NCBI GenBank assembly: GCA_965208545.1
Contig: OZ242341.1
Coordinates: 3,492,288-3,556,287, forward strand
Direction: 5' to 3'
DNA: 64,000 nt
Origin: Candidatus Poriferisocius sp.
Lineage (GTDB): Bacteria > Actinomycetota > Acidimicrobiia > Acidimicrobiales > Bin134
The translations under genes and the position numbers were made by a program. Below, in pieces: positions 7,920 through 15,936 of the stretch. How positions within the stretch are numbered: position 1 is the stretch's first letter; each line of letters starts with the position of its first letter. The notes below the pieces were generated by a model, which made no database searches, was not told the origin of the DNA, and was given only the letters and a program-made list of their open reading frames with translations.

Positions 7920-9998
7920 TTACTGCCCAGTGGAGATTGACCCGTCGGACAGGCCGGCGATCGTCGCCTCGGCTGAGGCCAGCACGTCGGCGGGGATGTC
8001 CATGGCGTCGTTGAACTGGATCTCCAGTCCTCCGCCATCGAAGGTCATGATGAAGGTAGTGCCACCCAAGGTTCCGCCCTTCACCTGGTCGACCACCTCA
8101 GAGAGGATGACCTCCCAGCGGTACACCTGCGAGGCCACCACGATGTCATCGCCAAGTGCGGTCTGGTTGGCCTGGGTGCCGAACCACAGCACGCCGTTCT
8201 CCTGAGCCACTCCGGTGGCGCCCACCACCATCTGGGCCGAACCGGTCAGCACGTCGGCGCCGGCGGAGATGTGCGATTGGGCAGCTTCCGCGGCCAGCGC
8301 TACGTCGGCAAATGAACCGGTGTAGACGATGTTGACCTCGACGTCGGGATTCTGCGCCGTGGCACCGGCGGCGAACCCGTCGACATAGAGCTTGGCGTCG
8401 CCCACCTCTATCGGGCCGATCACGCCGATCACGTTGCTCTCTGTGAGCTGAGCGGCCACTACGCCGTTGACGTAGCCACCGAGATCGGAGCGAACCGAGT
8501 AGGAGTTCACGTTGGGAAGACCGAAGGTGTCGACCGCGGTCCCCCAAGCGAACGATACATCGGGGAAGTCCGGAGCGATCTCCTGGAGCGGGCCGCCGTA
8601 CTGGGAGCCGTGGGCGATGACCAGGTCGTAGCCATCTTCGGCATAGCCCCGAATTGCTGCGCCCGCATCTTCCACGATGAATGTGCCGTCGGTGATGGCA
8701 AATTCGCTGATGTCCCCAGAAGCCAATAGGGCATTCACCGCGTCGAACATGCTCTGGGTGAATGCCAGGTCGTTGCTCGCGCTCGGTGCCACTACCGCCA
8801 CACGGAACGGTGCCGGCGGTGCCGGCGGGGGCGGGGGCGTGTAACTGGTCGCGGCCCGGGCTTCGGCGAGCCATGCGTCGACGGTGTCGCGGTTGTCGGC
8901 GATCCACTCGGCGGCGTGGCGGTTGACATCAGCGGTGGTGTTCTCACCGCCGGTGTCGTAGCGCGCGTTCTGCAGTGCGATGTCAACCACGCTGATCTTC
9001 ACCTGCTCCAGCAGCGTCGCCGCCGCCGGGTTCTCGACAAGGAAGTCGTTGTTGGCCGTCACCTGGATGTCAGCGGTAATGAGGAGGTTGCACGGATCAT
9101 CTGTGCAGACATCGGTGCCGAGCAGGGTGGGCGCACCCCCGTCTATCGACAGCCACATGGCCTGGTCACCAGGCCCGATGTGGTTCGTATAGAAGCTCGG
9201 GCTCCACGTGTACGCGATGAACGGGGTGCCGCTGCCAGCGCGGTCGACTGCGTCGGCGAAAGTGGCGTCGTAGCCGCCCACCTCGACCTGCTGGACCCTG
9301 CCGGTCCAACCCTTGTCTTCAATCAGGCCCGCAATGAACAGGTTGCATCCCCAACCGTCGGGGCACCCATAAATCTGGAGCACCCCATCACCGGGCTCAA
9401 TGTCGGCCGCCTCGTACAGCTCGAACAGATCCTCGTCACCCACGAGCTGATCAAGAGTTCTGATGCCGTGCTCTTCCACCAGCGACTTGTTGGTCAACAA
9501 GCCCTCGATGCCGCCGCGCTCAGCCTCAAGGCCCACCTTCGACACGTGATCGCTCACCAAAGAGCCATCGGGCATCTCGCCCGCAATGAACGGGTCGTGG
9601 TTCGGATACCAAGAATTGGCCCAGAAATCGAACTCGCGCTCAGCCATAGCCACGTACGCGTTCGAAGGCGCAAGCTCAATATCCGCAGGCTCGCTCACGT
9701 CATAGCCCAGCTCCTCCAACAGATGGTGATAGATAGCCGCCTGGAAATAGCCAGTGCTCCAGTTCGCCCGAGCCATCGTCACACTGACACCCTCACCAGG
9801 CGTCATATTCACCTCATCAGCCGCCGGAGCATCATCAGCCGCCGGAGCATCCTCCGCCGGGGCGTCATCAGCCGCCGGAGCATCCTCCGCCGGCGCAGCC
9901 CCCGGCTCGTCATCGTCATCATTGCCACAAGCAGCAACAACCAGCCCGAAGACCAGAAAAATAGCTAGCAAAACTCTCCAAAGGTTTCGCTCTCTCAT
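7920..9998 (-). CDS. Chimeric lipoprotein: OpuAC/ProX-type betaine-binding domain fused by a poly-Pro linker to a BMP-family (PnrA-like) binding domain
   Basis: Signal peptide plus lipobox LVVAAC-GNDDDD. An Ala/Asp/Pro linker follows, then a 331-aa OpuAC-like unit (ARANWSTGYFQAAIYHHLLEELGY...FWANSWYPNH). Next is the linker TSYTPPPPPAPPAP, then a BMP-like domain (FRVAVVAPSASNDLAFTQSM...GVIGPIEVGDAKLYVDGF...). Confidence 0.85.
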   Translation of the reverse strand: MRERNLWRVLLAIFLVFGLVVAACGNDDDDEPGAAPAEDAPAADDAPAEDAPAADDAPAADEVNMTPGEGVSVTMARANWSTGYFQAAIYHHLLEELGYDVSEPADIELAPSNAYVAMAEREFDFWANSWYPNHDPFIAGEMPDGSLVSDHVSKVGLEAERGGIEGLLTNKSLVEEHGIRTLDQLVGDEDLFELYEAADIEPGDGVLQIYGCPDGWGCNLFIAGLIEDKGWTGRVQQVEVGGYDATFADAVDRAGSGTPFIAYTWSPSFYTNHIGPGDQAMWLSIDGGAPTLLGTDVCTDDPCNLLITADIQVTANNDFLVENPAAATLLEQVKISVVDIALQNARYDTGGENTTADVNRHAAEWIADNRDTVDAWLAEARAATSYTPPPPPAPPAPFRVAVVAPSASNDLAFTQSMFDAVNALLASGDISEFAITDGTFIVEDAGAAIRGYAEDGYDLVIAHGSQYGGPLQEIAPDFPDVSFAWGTAVDTFGLPNVNSYSVRSDLGGYVNGVVAAQLTESNVIGVIGPIEVGDAKLYVDGFAAGATAQNPDVEVNIVYTGSFADVALAAEAAQSHISAGADVLTGSAQMVVGATGVAQENGVLWFGTQANQTALGDDIVVASQVYRWEVILSEVVDQVKGGTLGGTTFIMTFDGGGLEIQFNDAMDIPADVLASAEATIAGLSDGSISTGQ
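8851..9943. repeat. Copy A of the ~1-kb identical repeat (OpuAC-domain unit plus N-terminal linker)
   Basis: 8851-9815 matches 11372-12336 at offset 2521. 8857-9943 matches 12371-13457 at offset 3514. No nucleotide differences were noticed, and sense and antisense ORF translations are identical. Confidence 0.9.
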
Positions 9999-10206
9999 TG
10001 GTAACCCTCCAATTTAAGTCAAGCTTGGCCCGCCTCAGCGCGCGCCAACCCGCCTAGGGGCCACACCCTAAACCAAACCAGGCTTGAACGCTAGAGACTC
10101 CAAGAAGAACGTTCCAGACTGATACGGGGTCCGTTCCTGCTCCTCGTTAGGGGAGCGCGACCAATTCCTGAACGGCCGACTGGGCCTTTTGTGGTAGAAG
10201 TCGTTC

Positions 10207-11235
10207 ATGACGATCGCTTCCGAACAAGCTGCCGCCCGCACCTCCTCCCGGTCAGACGAGCAGCGGCTCATGGACGGGATCTACTGGTATGGCATTCCGA
10301 CGCTGTTCCGCTGCGAGTACGACCCCGACCCCCAAAACGCCGACATCGCCCTTGTGGGCGTGCCCCATAGCACCGGCAACGGCACGACCCAGCGCGACCA
10401 ACATCTTGGCCCCCGGGCCGTGCGGGACGTCTCAGCCATCGGCAGGCGGGTCCACGGCCAGTTCGGCATCGATCCGTGGGAGATGTGCCGCATCAACGAT
10501 CTGGGCGATGTGCCGTTGTCGGAGGGCAACAACAACGAGCGCTCCATCGAGATGATCACCGATTTCTACCGGTCGATCGACGAAGCCGGGGCGCGGCCGG
10601 TGTCCATCGGCGGCGACCATTCCATCACCGGGGGCATCCTGCAGGCCATCGGTGGCCATGAGGCCAACCTCACCGGAGGCGAGCGGGCCTGCCTGCTGCA
10701 CTTCGACGCCCACACCGACGCCTTTCACAACATCCCCCACTTCATGGGAGCCATCAAGTCGGCCGCCCACTGGGCCAGCTATCTGGTTACCGACGGCCAC
10801 GTCGACGCCGAGCACAGCGTGCAGGTCGGCATTCGGGGCAACACTCGCAGCCTCGACTGGCTCGAGCCCAGCTACGCGCTCGGTTACGAGGTGATCAAGA
10901 AGTCCGACTACGACCAAATGGGCGCCGAGAGGGTGATCGAGACCATCCACGAACGCATCGGCGACCGGCCGGTGTACATCACATTCGATCTCGACTGCCT
11001 CGACCCGACGGTGGCACCGGGCGTGGCCAATATCGAGGCCGGCATCGACGGCTTCGGGATGGACCAGGCCATGGAGCTCATCCGCTCGATGCGGGGCCGC
11101 AACGTGATCGGCGGCGACGTGGTATGCCTGATGCCGACGGTGGACTCACCCAACCAGATCACCAGCTACCGCTCGATGTCGGTGATGTTTGAGATCCTCA
11201 GCCTGATTGCCGACCGAAACTTCAACCGTCCTTAA
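10207..11235 (+). CDS. Ureohydrolase (arginase/agmatinase/guanidino-acid hydrolase family)
   Basis: Mn-binding motifs are LHFDAHTDA, GGDHSITGGILQA and ITFDLDCLDP, with GGDVVCLMP near the C-terminus. Confidence 0.85.
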   Translation: MTIASEQAAARTSSRSDEQRLMDGIYWYGIPTLFRCEYDPDPQNADIALVGVPHSTGNGTTQRDQHLGPRAVRDVSAIGRRVHGQFGIDPWEMCRINDLGDVPLSEGNNNERSIEMITDFYRSIDEAGARPVSIGGDHSITGGILQAIGGHEANLTGGERACLLHFDAHTDAFHNIPHFMGAIKSAAHWASYLVTDGHVDAEHSVQVGIRGNTRSLDWLEPSYALGYEVIKKSDYDQMGAERVIETIHERIGDRPVYITFDLDCLDPTVAPGVANIEAGIDGFGMDQAMELIRSMRGRNVIGGDVVCLMPTVDSPNQITSYRSMSVMFEILSLIADRNFNRP

Positions 11236-11291
11236 GCTTCCGCATTCACTCCCGCAGGCGTGCCTACCAATCCCACGCTTCCGCACGCGGT

Positions 11292-11319
11292 GAGGGGCGG
11301 GGCCAAAGCCCCGCCCCTC
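11292..11319. terminator. Bidirectional GC-rich hairpin terminator between convergent genes
   Basis: GAGGGGCGGGGC-CAAA-GCCCCGCCCCTC forms a perfect 12-bp stem with a 4-nt loop. It lies between the ureohydrolase stop (11235) and the SBP stop (11365). There is no clear T-tract. Confidence 0.55.
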
Positions 11320-11364
11320 CTTCGTCCTTCAAGCCCTAAGGCCTGATTTCGAGCGCTTGAAACG

Positions 11365-13524
11365 TCAGCCTGCGGCCCGGGCTTCGGCGAGCCATGCGTC
11401 GACGGTGTCGCGGTTGTCGGCGATCCACTCGGCGGCGTGGCGGTTGACATCAGCGGTGGTGTTCTCACCGCCGGTGTCGTAGCGCGCGTTCTGCAGTGCG
11501 ATGTCAACCACGCTGATCTTCACCTGCTCCAGCAGCGTCGCCGCCGCCGGGTTCTCGACAAGGAAGTCGTTGTTGGCCGTCACCTGGATGTCAGCGGTAA
11601 TGAGGAGGTTGCACGGATCATCTGTGCAGACATCGGTGCCGAGCAGGGTGGGCGCACCCCCGTCTATCGACAGCCACATGGCCTGGTCACCAGGCCCGAT
11701 GTGGTTCGTATAGAAGCTCGGGCTCCACGTGTACGCGATGAACGGGGTGCCGCTGCCAGCGCGGTCGACTGCGTCGGCGAAAGTGGCGTCGTAGCCGCCC
11801 ACCTCGACCTGCTGGACCCTGCCGGTCCAACCCTTGTCTTCAATCAGGCCCGCAATGAACAGGTTGCATCCCCAACCGTCGGGGCACCCATAAATCTGGA
11901 GCACCCCATCACCGGGCTCAATGTCGGCCGCCTCGTACAGCTCGAACAGATCCTCGTCACCCACGAGCTGATCAAGAGTTCTGATGCCGTGCTCTTCCAC
12001 CAGCGACTTGTTGGTCAACAAGCCCTCGATGCCGCCGCGCTCAGCCTCAAGGCCCACCTTCGACACGTGATCGCTCACCAAAGAGCCATCGGGCATCTCG
12101 CCCGCAATGAACGGGTCGTGGTTCGGATACCAAGAATTGGCCCAGAAATCGAACTCGCGCTCAGCCATAGCCACGTACGCGTTCGAAGGCGCAAGCTCAA
12201 TATCCGCAGGCTCGCTCACGTCATAGCCCAGCTCCTCCAACAGATGGTGATAGATAGCCGCCTGGAAATAGCCAGTGCTCCAGTTCGCCCGAGCCATCGT
12301 CACACTGACACCCTCACCAGGCGTCATATTCACCTCGACAGCCTCGGGAGGCACCCAGGGTCCGGCGACGCGGGCTTCGGCGAGCCATGCGTCGACGGTG
12401 TCGCGGTTGTCGGCGATCCACTCGGCGGCGTGGCGGTTGACATCAGCGGTGGTGTTCTCACCGCCGGTGTCGTAGCGCGCGTTCTGCAGTGCGATGTCAA
12501 CCACGCTGATCTTCACCTGCTCCAGCAGCGTCGCCGCCGCCGGGTTCTCGACAAGGAAGTCGTTGTTGGCCGTCACCTGGATGTCAGCGGTAATGAGGAG
12601 GTTGCACGGATCATCTGTGCAGACATCGGTGCCGAGCAGGGTGGGCGCACCCCCGTCTATCGACAGCCACATGGCCTGGTCACCAGGCCCGATGTGGTTC
12701 GTATAGAAGCTCGGGCTCCACGTGTACGCGATGAACGGGGTGCCGCTGCCAGCGCGGTCGACTGCGTCGGCGAAAGTGGCGTCGTAGCCGCCCACCTCGA
12801 CCTGCTGGACCCTGCCGGTCCAACCCTTGTCTTCAATCAGGCCCGCAATGAACAGGTTGCATCCCCAACCGTCGGGGCACCCATAAATCTGGAGCACCCC
12901 ATCACCGGGCTCAATGTCGGCCGCCTCGTACAGCTCGAACAGATCCTCGTCACCCACGAGCTGATCAAGAGTTCTGATGCCGTGCTCTTCCACCAGCGAC
13001 TTGTTGGTCAACAAGCCCTCGATGCCGCCGCGCTCAGCCTCAAGGCCCACCTTCGACACGTGATCGCTCACCAAAGAGCCATCGGGCATCTCGCCCGCAA
13101 TGAACGGGTCGTGGTTCGGATACCAAGAATTGGCCCAGAAATCGAACTCGCGCTCAGCCATAGCCACGTACGCGTTCGAAGGCGCAAGCTCAATATCCGC
13201 AGGCTCGCTCACGTCATAGCCCAGCTCCTCCAACAGATGGTGATAGATAGCCGCCTGGAAATAGCCAGTGCTCCAGTTCGCCCGAGCCATCGTCACACTG
13301 ACACCCTCACCAGGCGTCATATTCACCTCATCAGCCGCCGGAGCATCATCAGCCGCCGGAGCATCCTCCGCCGGGGCGTCATCAGCCGCCGGAGCATCCT
13401 CCGCCGGCGCAGCCCCCGGCTCGTCATCGTCATCATTGCCACAAGCAGCAACAACCAAAGCAATTGCTGCAAACAGTGCAAACCAAACCTTCCAATGCTT
13501 CTTCATAAGCATTTTTCCCTCCAT
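11365..13524 (-). CDS. Lipoprotein with two tandem, identical OpuAC/ProX-type betaine-binding domains
   Basis: Signal peptide plus lipobox LVVAAC-GNDDDD. The 331-aa unit EVNMTPGEGVSVTMARANW...DAWLAEAR is then present twice in frame, with a 993-bp period. Confidence 0.85.
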   Translation of the reverse strand: MEGKMLMKKHWKVWFALFAAIALVVAACGNDDDDEPGAAPAEDAPAADDAPAEDAPAADDAPAADEVNMTPGEGVSVTMARANWSTGYFQAAIYHHLLEELGYDVSEPADIELAPSNAYVAMAEREFDFWANSWYPNHDPFIAGEMPDGSLVSDHVSKVGLEAERGGIEGLLTNKSLVEEHGIRTLDQLVGDEDLFELYEAADIEPGDGVLQIYGCPDGWGCNLFIAGLIEDKGWTGRVQQVEVGGYDATFADAVDRAGSGTPFIAYTWSPSFYTNHIGPGDQAMWLSIDGGAPTLLGTDVCTDDPCNLLITADIQVTANNDFLVENPAAATLLEQVKISVVDIALQNARYDTGGENTTADVNRHAAEWIADNRDTVDAWLAEARVAGPWVPPEAVEVNMTPGEGVSVTMARANWSTGYFQAAIYHHLLEELGYDVSEPADIELAPSNAYVAMAEREFDFWANSWYPNHDPFIAGEMPDGSLVSDHVSKVGLEAERGGIEGLLTNKSLVEEHGIRTLDQLVGDEDLFELYEAADIEPGDGVLQIYGCPDGWGCNLFIAGLIEDKGWTGRVQQVEVGGYDATFADAVDRAGSGTPFIAYTWSPSFYTNHIGPGDQAMWLSIDGGAPTLLGTDVCTDDPCNLLITADIQVTANNDFLVENPAAATLLEQVKISVVDIALQNARYDTGGENTTADVNRHAAEWIADNRDTVDAWLAEARAAG
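11372..12336. repeat. Copy B of the identical repeat (C-terminal domain of the tandem SBP)
   Basis: See copy A. The junction with copy C is the 34-bp unique segment 12337-12370. Confidence 0.9.
12371..13457. repeat. Copy C of the identical repeat (N-terminal domain plus linker of the tandem SBP)
   Basis: See copy A. Identity with copy A extends through the Ala/Asp/Pro linker and lipobox and stops inside the signal peptide. Confidence 0.9.
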
Positions 13525-13614
13525 AGTTGTTTTCTCCCGCCAACGGAGAAATGCCTGAAGCTGGCAATCAGAACGCTAGTTGAATGGTCCCAAGGTCACA
13601 AGAGCCGCCCCGGT

Positions 13615-15936
13615 TTACCCGATGTCGGCCGTTGCTCCTTCCGGCTCATCGACAGAGACATACACCTGTGATCGACCGAATTTCGTCAGCACACCGGCCG
13701 TGCTCGCCATGAGGAGGAACCCCGCGACCAGGCAAATGAACGCTCCTGCGCCGCTAGCGAACTTGAGATCGGCCACCCTGAGCAGCGACGCGATCCACGC
13801 CGACGCCACAACCATCAGACTGACGCCGACGCCTGCAACCACTGCGTTCCAGCGCCGTCGCCTTTGCTCATTGCCACCGAAGACCCCGGCAGCAGGTAGC
13901 ACACAGGCGATGCCGACGATGCCGAAGGCGATAGCGAGATATCCATACTTGCTGCTGTCGCCAGCAAAGCCGTCAATGACGATCTTCTCGGTCCGTTGAG
14001 CCTCGCTGTACAGTGCGATGATCTCTTGAGCTATACGAGCTTCGACTGCTGGATCATCGGTATTCTCTGCTTGCTGCTCCAGAGCCGAAACTTGTGCCTG
14101 AAGCTCTGGTGAGACAACGGACTCGACGCGCTGATCGAAGGACCATCCCGAGAACCCAGCTATGACAATCAGCGCCGCAACAAGAGCAACCACACCGATT
14201 TGACGGTACGAAACGCCAGCTCTCAGCGGGGTGCGGGCTGCATAGGGTGCCTCCCTAAGCCAGGCCAGTGCGCCCAGGGTCGCTACCACCCCGCCCACAA
14301 TGGCGACCCAAGGACCGACTCCCATGCTATGTGTGACGTTGGCCGATGCTGCCGGCGCCCAGACATAGGCGATCGCCGCAGCCAGGGACCCAACGGCAAG
14401 CACTGCGACACCATTTGACCCAAACAGGCGAATATCTCCGCCTGGTCGTCTCAGATTGGTCACAACCGCAGCAAGGATCAACAAGGCGAAGCCGAGCACC
14501 ATGATGCCGTAGAAGGATCCACCGGTTGCATCCAAACCACGGAAGCTACGGCCTGCTAGAGGATTGGAAAGCAGCGCGATCTCATCCCCAATTTCTGCAA
14601 TGACCGCGAGTGTCTCTTCGTCCGTCACCCCCTCAGCCCCCGCCGCGACGATCACGGCATTTATCTGGGCATCGAGCACGGCAATCTCTTGGGCATGTTC
14701 GACGGGCGGGTCGACACTCGCTTCCTGAAGCTCGACCATCCCAGGGGACCTCACGGGGTCAACCTCGACGTACTCGTATCGCCCGGTGTCAATCAACCTG
14801 GCATAACCGGAAATCCTTCCCGAGTCACTCCCCCATGGCAAGAACACGGCAACAACAGCAACGAGTGCGCCGGCGGCGACGATTGCCAAGAAGCGGCGCT
14901 CGGCGGCCGACAGTGGAGCCGGGTGGCTTCTCGTCTTGGCCACGACGCCGATCGACGATGCCTGAGGAAGCAGTGCCTCGGGATCGCGACGATGGGCCCA
15001 GGCCCGGCGGATGCGTGTTAAGAGGTTTTGGCCATCACTCTCCTCAGTTTGAGAGATGCGGTCGAGCACCACTGCAACCATGAACAGAGCCAGACCGCTT
15101 GAAGCGGCTAGAGCAACGTCTAGTGCCTGCACCGCCCGAAAAACCTGCAAGCCCAATCCGCCCGCACCCATGATGGCCGCGATGCCCAGCATGGAGATAG
15201 ACAAAAGCAACGTCTGGTTTAGTCCGGTCATGATCGCGGGACGCGCCAGTGGAAGCTGGACATCTAGCAGCACGCGCCACTCGGGGGCCCCGTAGGCCCG
15301 ACTGGCCTCCACTACATCCGCGGGAACCTGTCTGACTCCAAGGTTGGTGAGACGAATTAGCGGCGGGAGGGCAAACACCATGGTGACCATCGTGGCCGGT
15401 TCGGTACCGATACCGAAGAAGAAGATGACCGGCAGCATGTACACAAACGCATGGACAACCTGCATCGCGTCGAGCACAGGTCGCACGGCATTCCACACTC
15501 CATCGAATCGGCCACAAAGGACACCGAGGGGAATGCCGATAAGGGCGCAGAGTGCGACGGCGACAATGATCATGCCCACTGTCAGCGCTGTGTCATCCCA
15601 GTATTCAATGCCGAGCAGTCCGCAGCCAGCCAACGCCAACGCGACGAACCCGCCGACCTTCACGTTGCGGGCCAGCGTGCCGATCACGAAAAAGATGAGG
15701 CAAACCGCGATCCACGGCATGTCGGTGATCTCCCACCAAGGATGGTGATCTGGGCTATCGACAAAGTTGCGGAACAGGAAAGTAAATGGCCACTCGATGA
15801 TGTCGAGCAGCCAGCCGAGGTTGAGGTCGATCCAGTTGACCATCTGCTTGACCCATTCGCCGAACGGAATCGTCCACTGGTCGAGGACCTCGTTGTCGGC
15901 AATACCGGGGGACTCCGACTGGGCCAGCAGGCTCAC
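13615..15936 (-). CDS. proW: ProW/OpuAB-type ABC permease with a ~440-aa C-terminal multi-TM extension
   Basis: The permease core is ...GIPLGVLCGRFDGVWNAVRPVLDAMQVVHAFVYMLPVIFFFGIG...EASRAYGAPEWRVLLDVQLPLARPAIMTG.... The likely GTG start at 15936 overlaps the proV stop (GTGA). The ORF-track start at 16044 lies inside proV. Confidence 0.8.
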   Translation of the reverse strand: MSLLAQSESPGIADNEVLDQWTIPFGEWVKQMVNWIDLNLGWLLDIIEWPFTFLFRNFVDSPDHHPWWEITDMPWIAVCLIFFVIGTLARNVKVGGFVALALAGCGLLGIEYWDDTALTVGMIIVAVALCALIGIPLGVLCGRFDGVWNAVRPVLDAMQVVHAFVYMLPVIFFFGIGTEPATMVTMVFALPPLIRLTNLGVRQVPADVVEASRAYGAPEWRVLLDVQLPLARPAIMTGLNQTLLLSISMLGIAAIMGAGGLGLQVFRAVQALDVALAASSGLALFMVAVVLDRISQTEESDGQNLLTRIRRAWAHRRDPEALLPQASSIGVVAKTRSHPAPLSAAERRFLAIVAAGALVAVVAVFLPWGSDSGRISGYARLIDTGRYEYVEVDPVRSPGMVELQEASVDPPVEHAQEIAVLDAQINAVIVAAGAEGVTDEETLAVIAEIGDEIALLSNPLAGRSFRGLDATGGSFYGIMVLGFALLILAAVVTNLRRPGGDIRLFGSNGVAVLAVGSLAAAIAYVWAPAASANVTHSMGVGPWVAIVGGVVATLGALAWLREAPYAARTPLRAGVSYRQIGVVALVAALIVIAGFSGWSFDQRVESVVSPELQAQVSALEQQAENTDDPAVEARIAQEIIALYSEAQRTEKIVIDGFAGDSSKYGYLAIAFGIVGIACVLPAAGVFGGNEQRRRRWNAVVAGVGVSLMVVASAWIASLLRVADLKFASGAGAFICLVAGFLLMASTAGVLTKFGRSQVYVSVDEPEGATADIG

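Noticed and set aside
8916-9968. 350-aa plus-strand ORF, the 744-aa ORF at 11437-13671, and the small repeated ORFs (8980, 11501, 12494; 9754, 12275, 13268)
   Set aside because: They are antisense shadows of the SBP genes. They recur only because the underlying DNA is triplicated, and their translations are Arg/His-rich with no motifs.
10020-10206. 5' region of the ureohydrolase gene, inspected for a guanidine (ykkC, mini-ykkC, ykkC-III) or other riboswitch
   Set aside because: I could not find the conserved ACGR-loop hairpin pair or the ykkC core sequences. Only a weak ACGG-GGT-CCGT hairpin is present. A covariance-model (Rfam/Infernal) scan would be needed.
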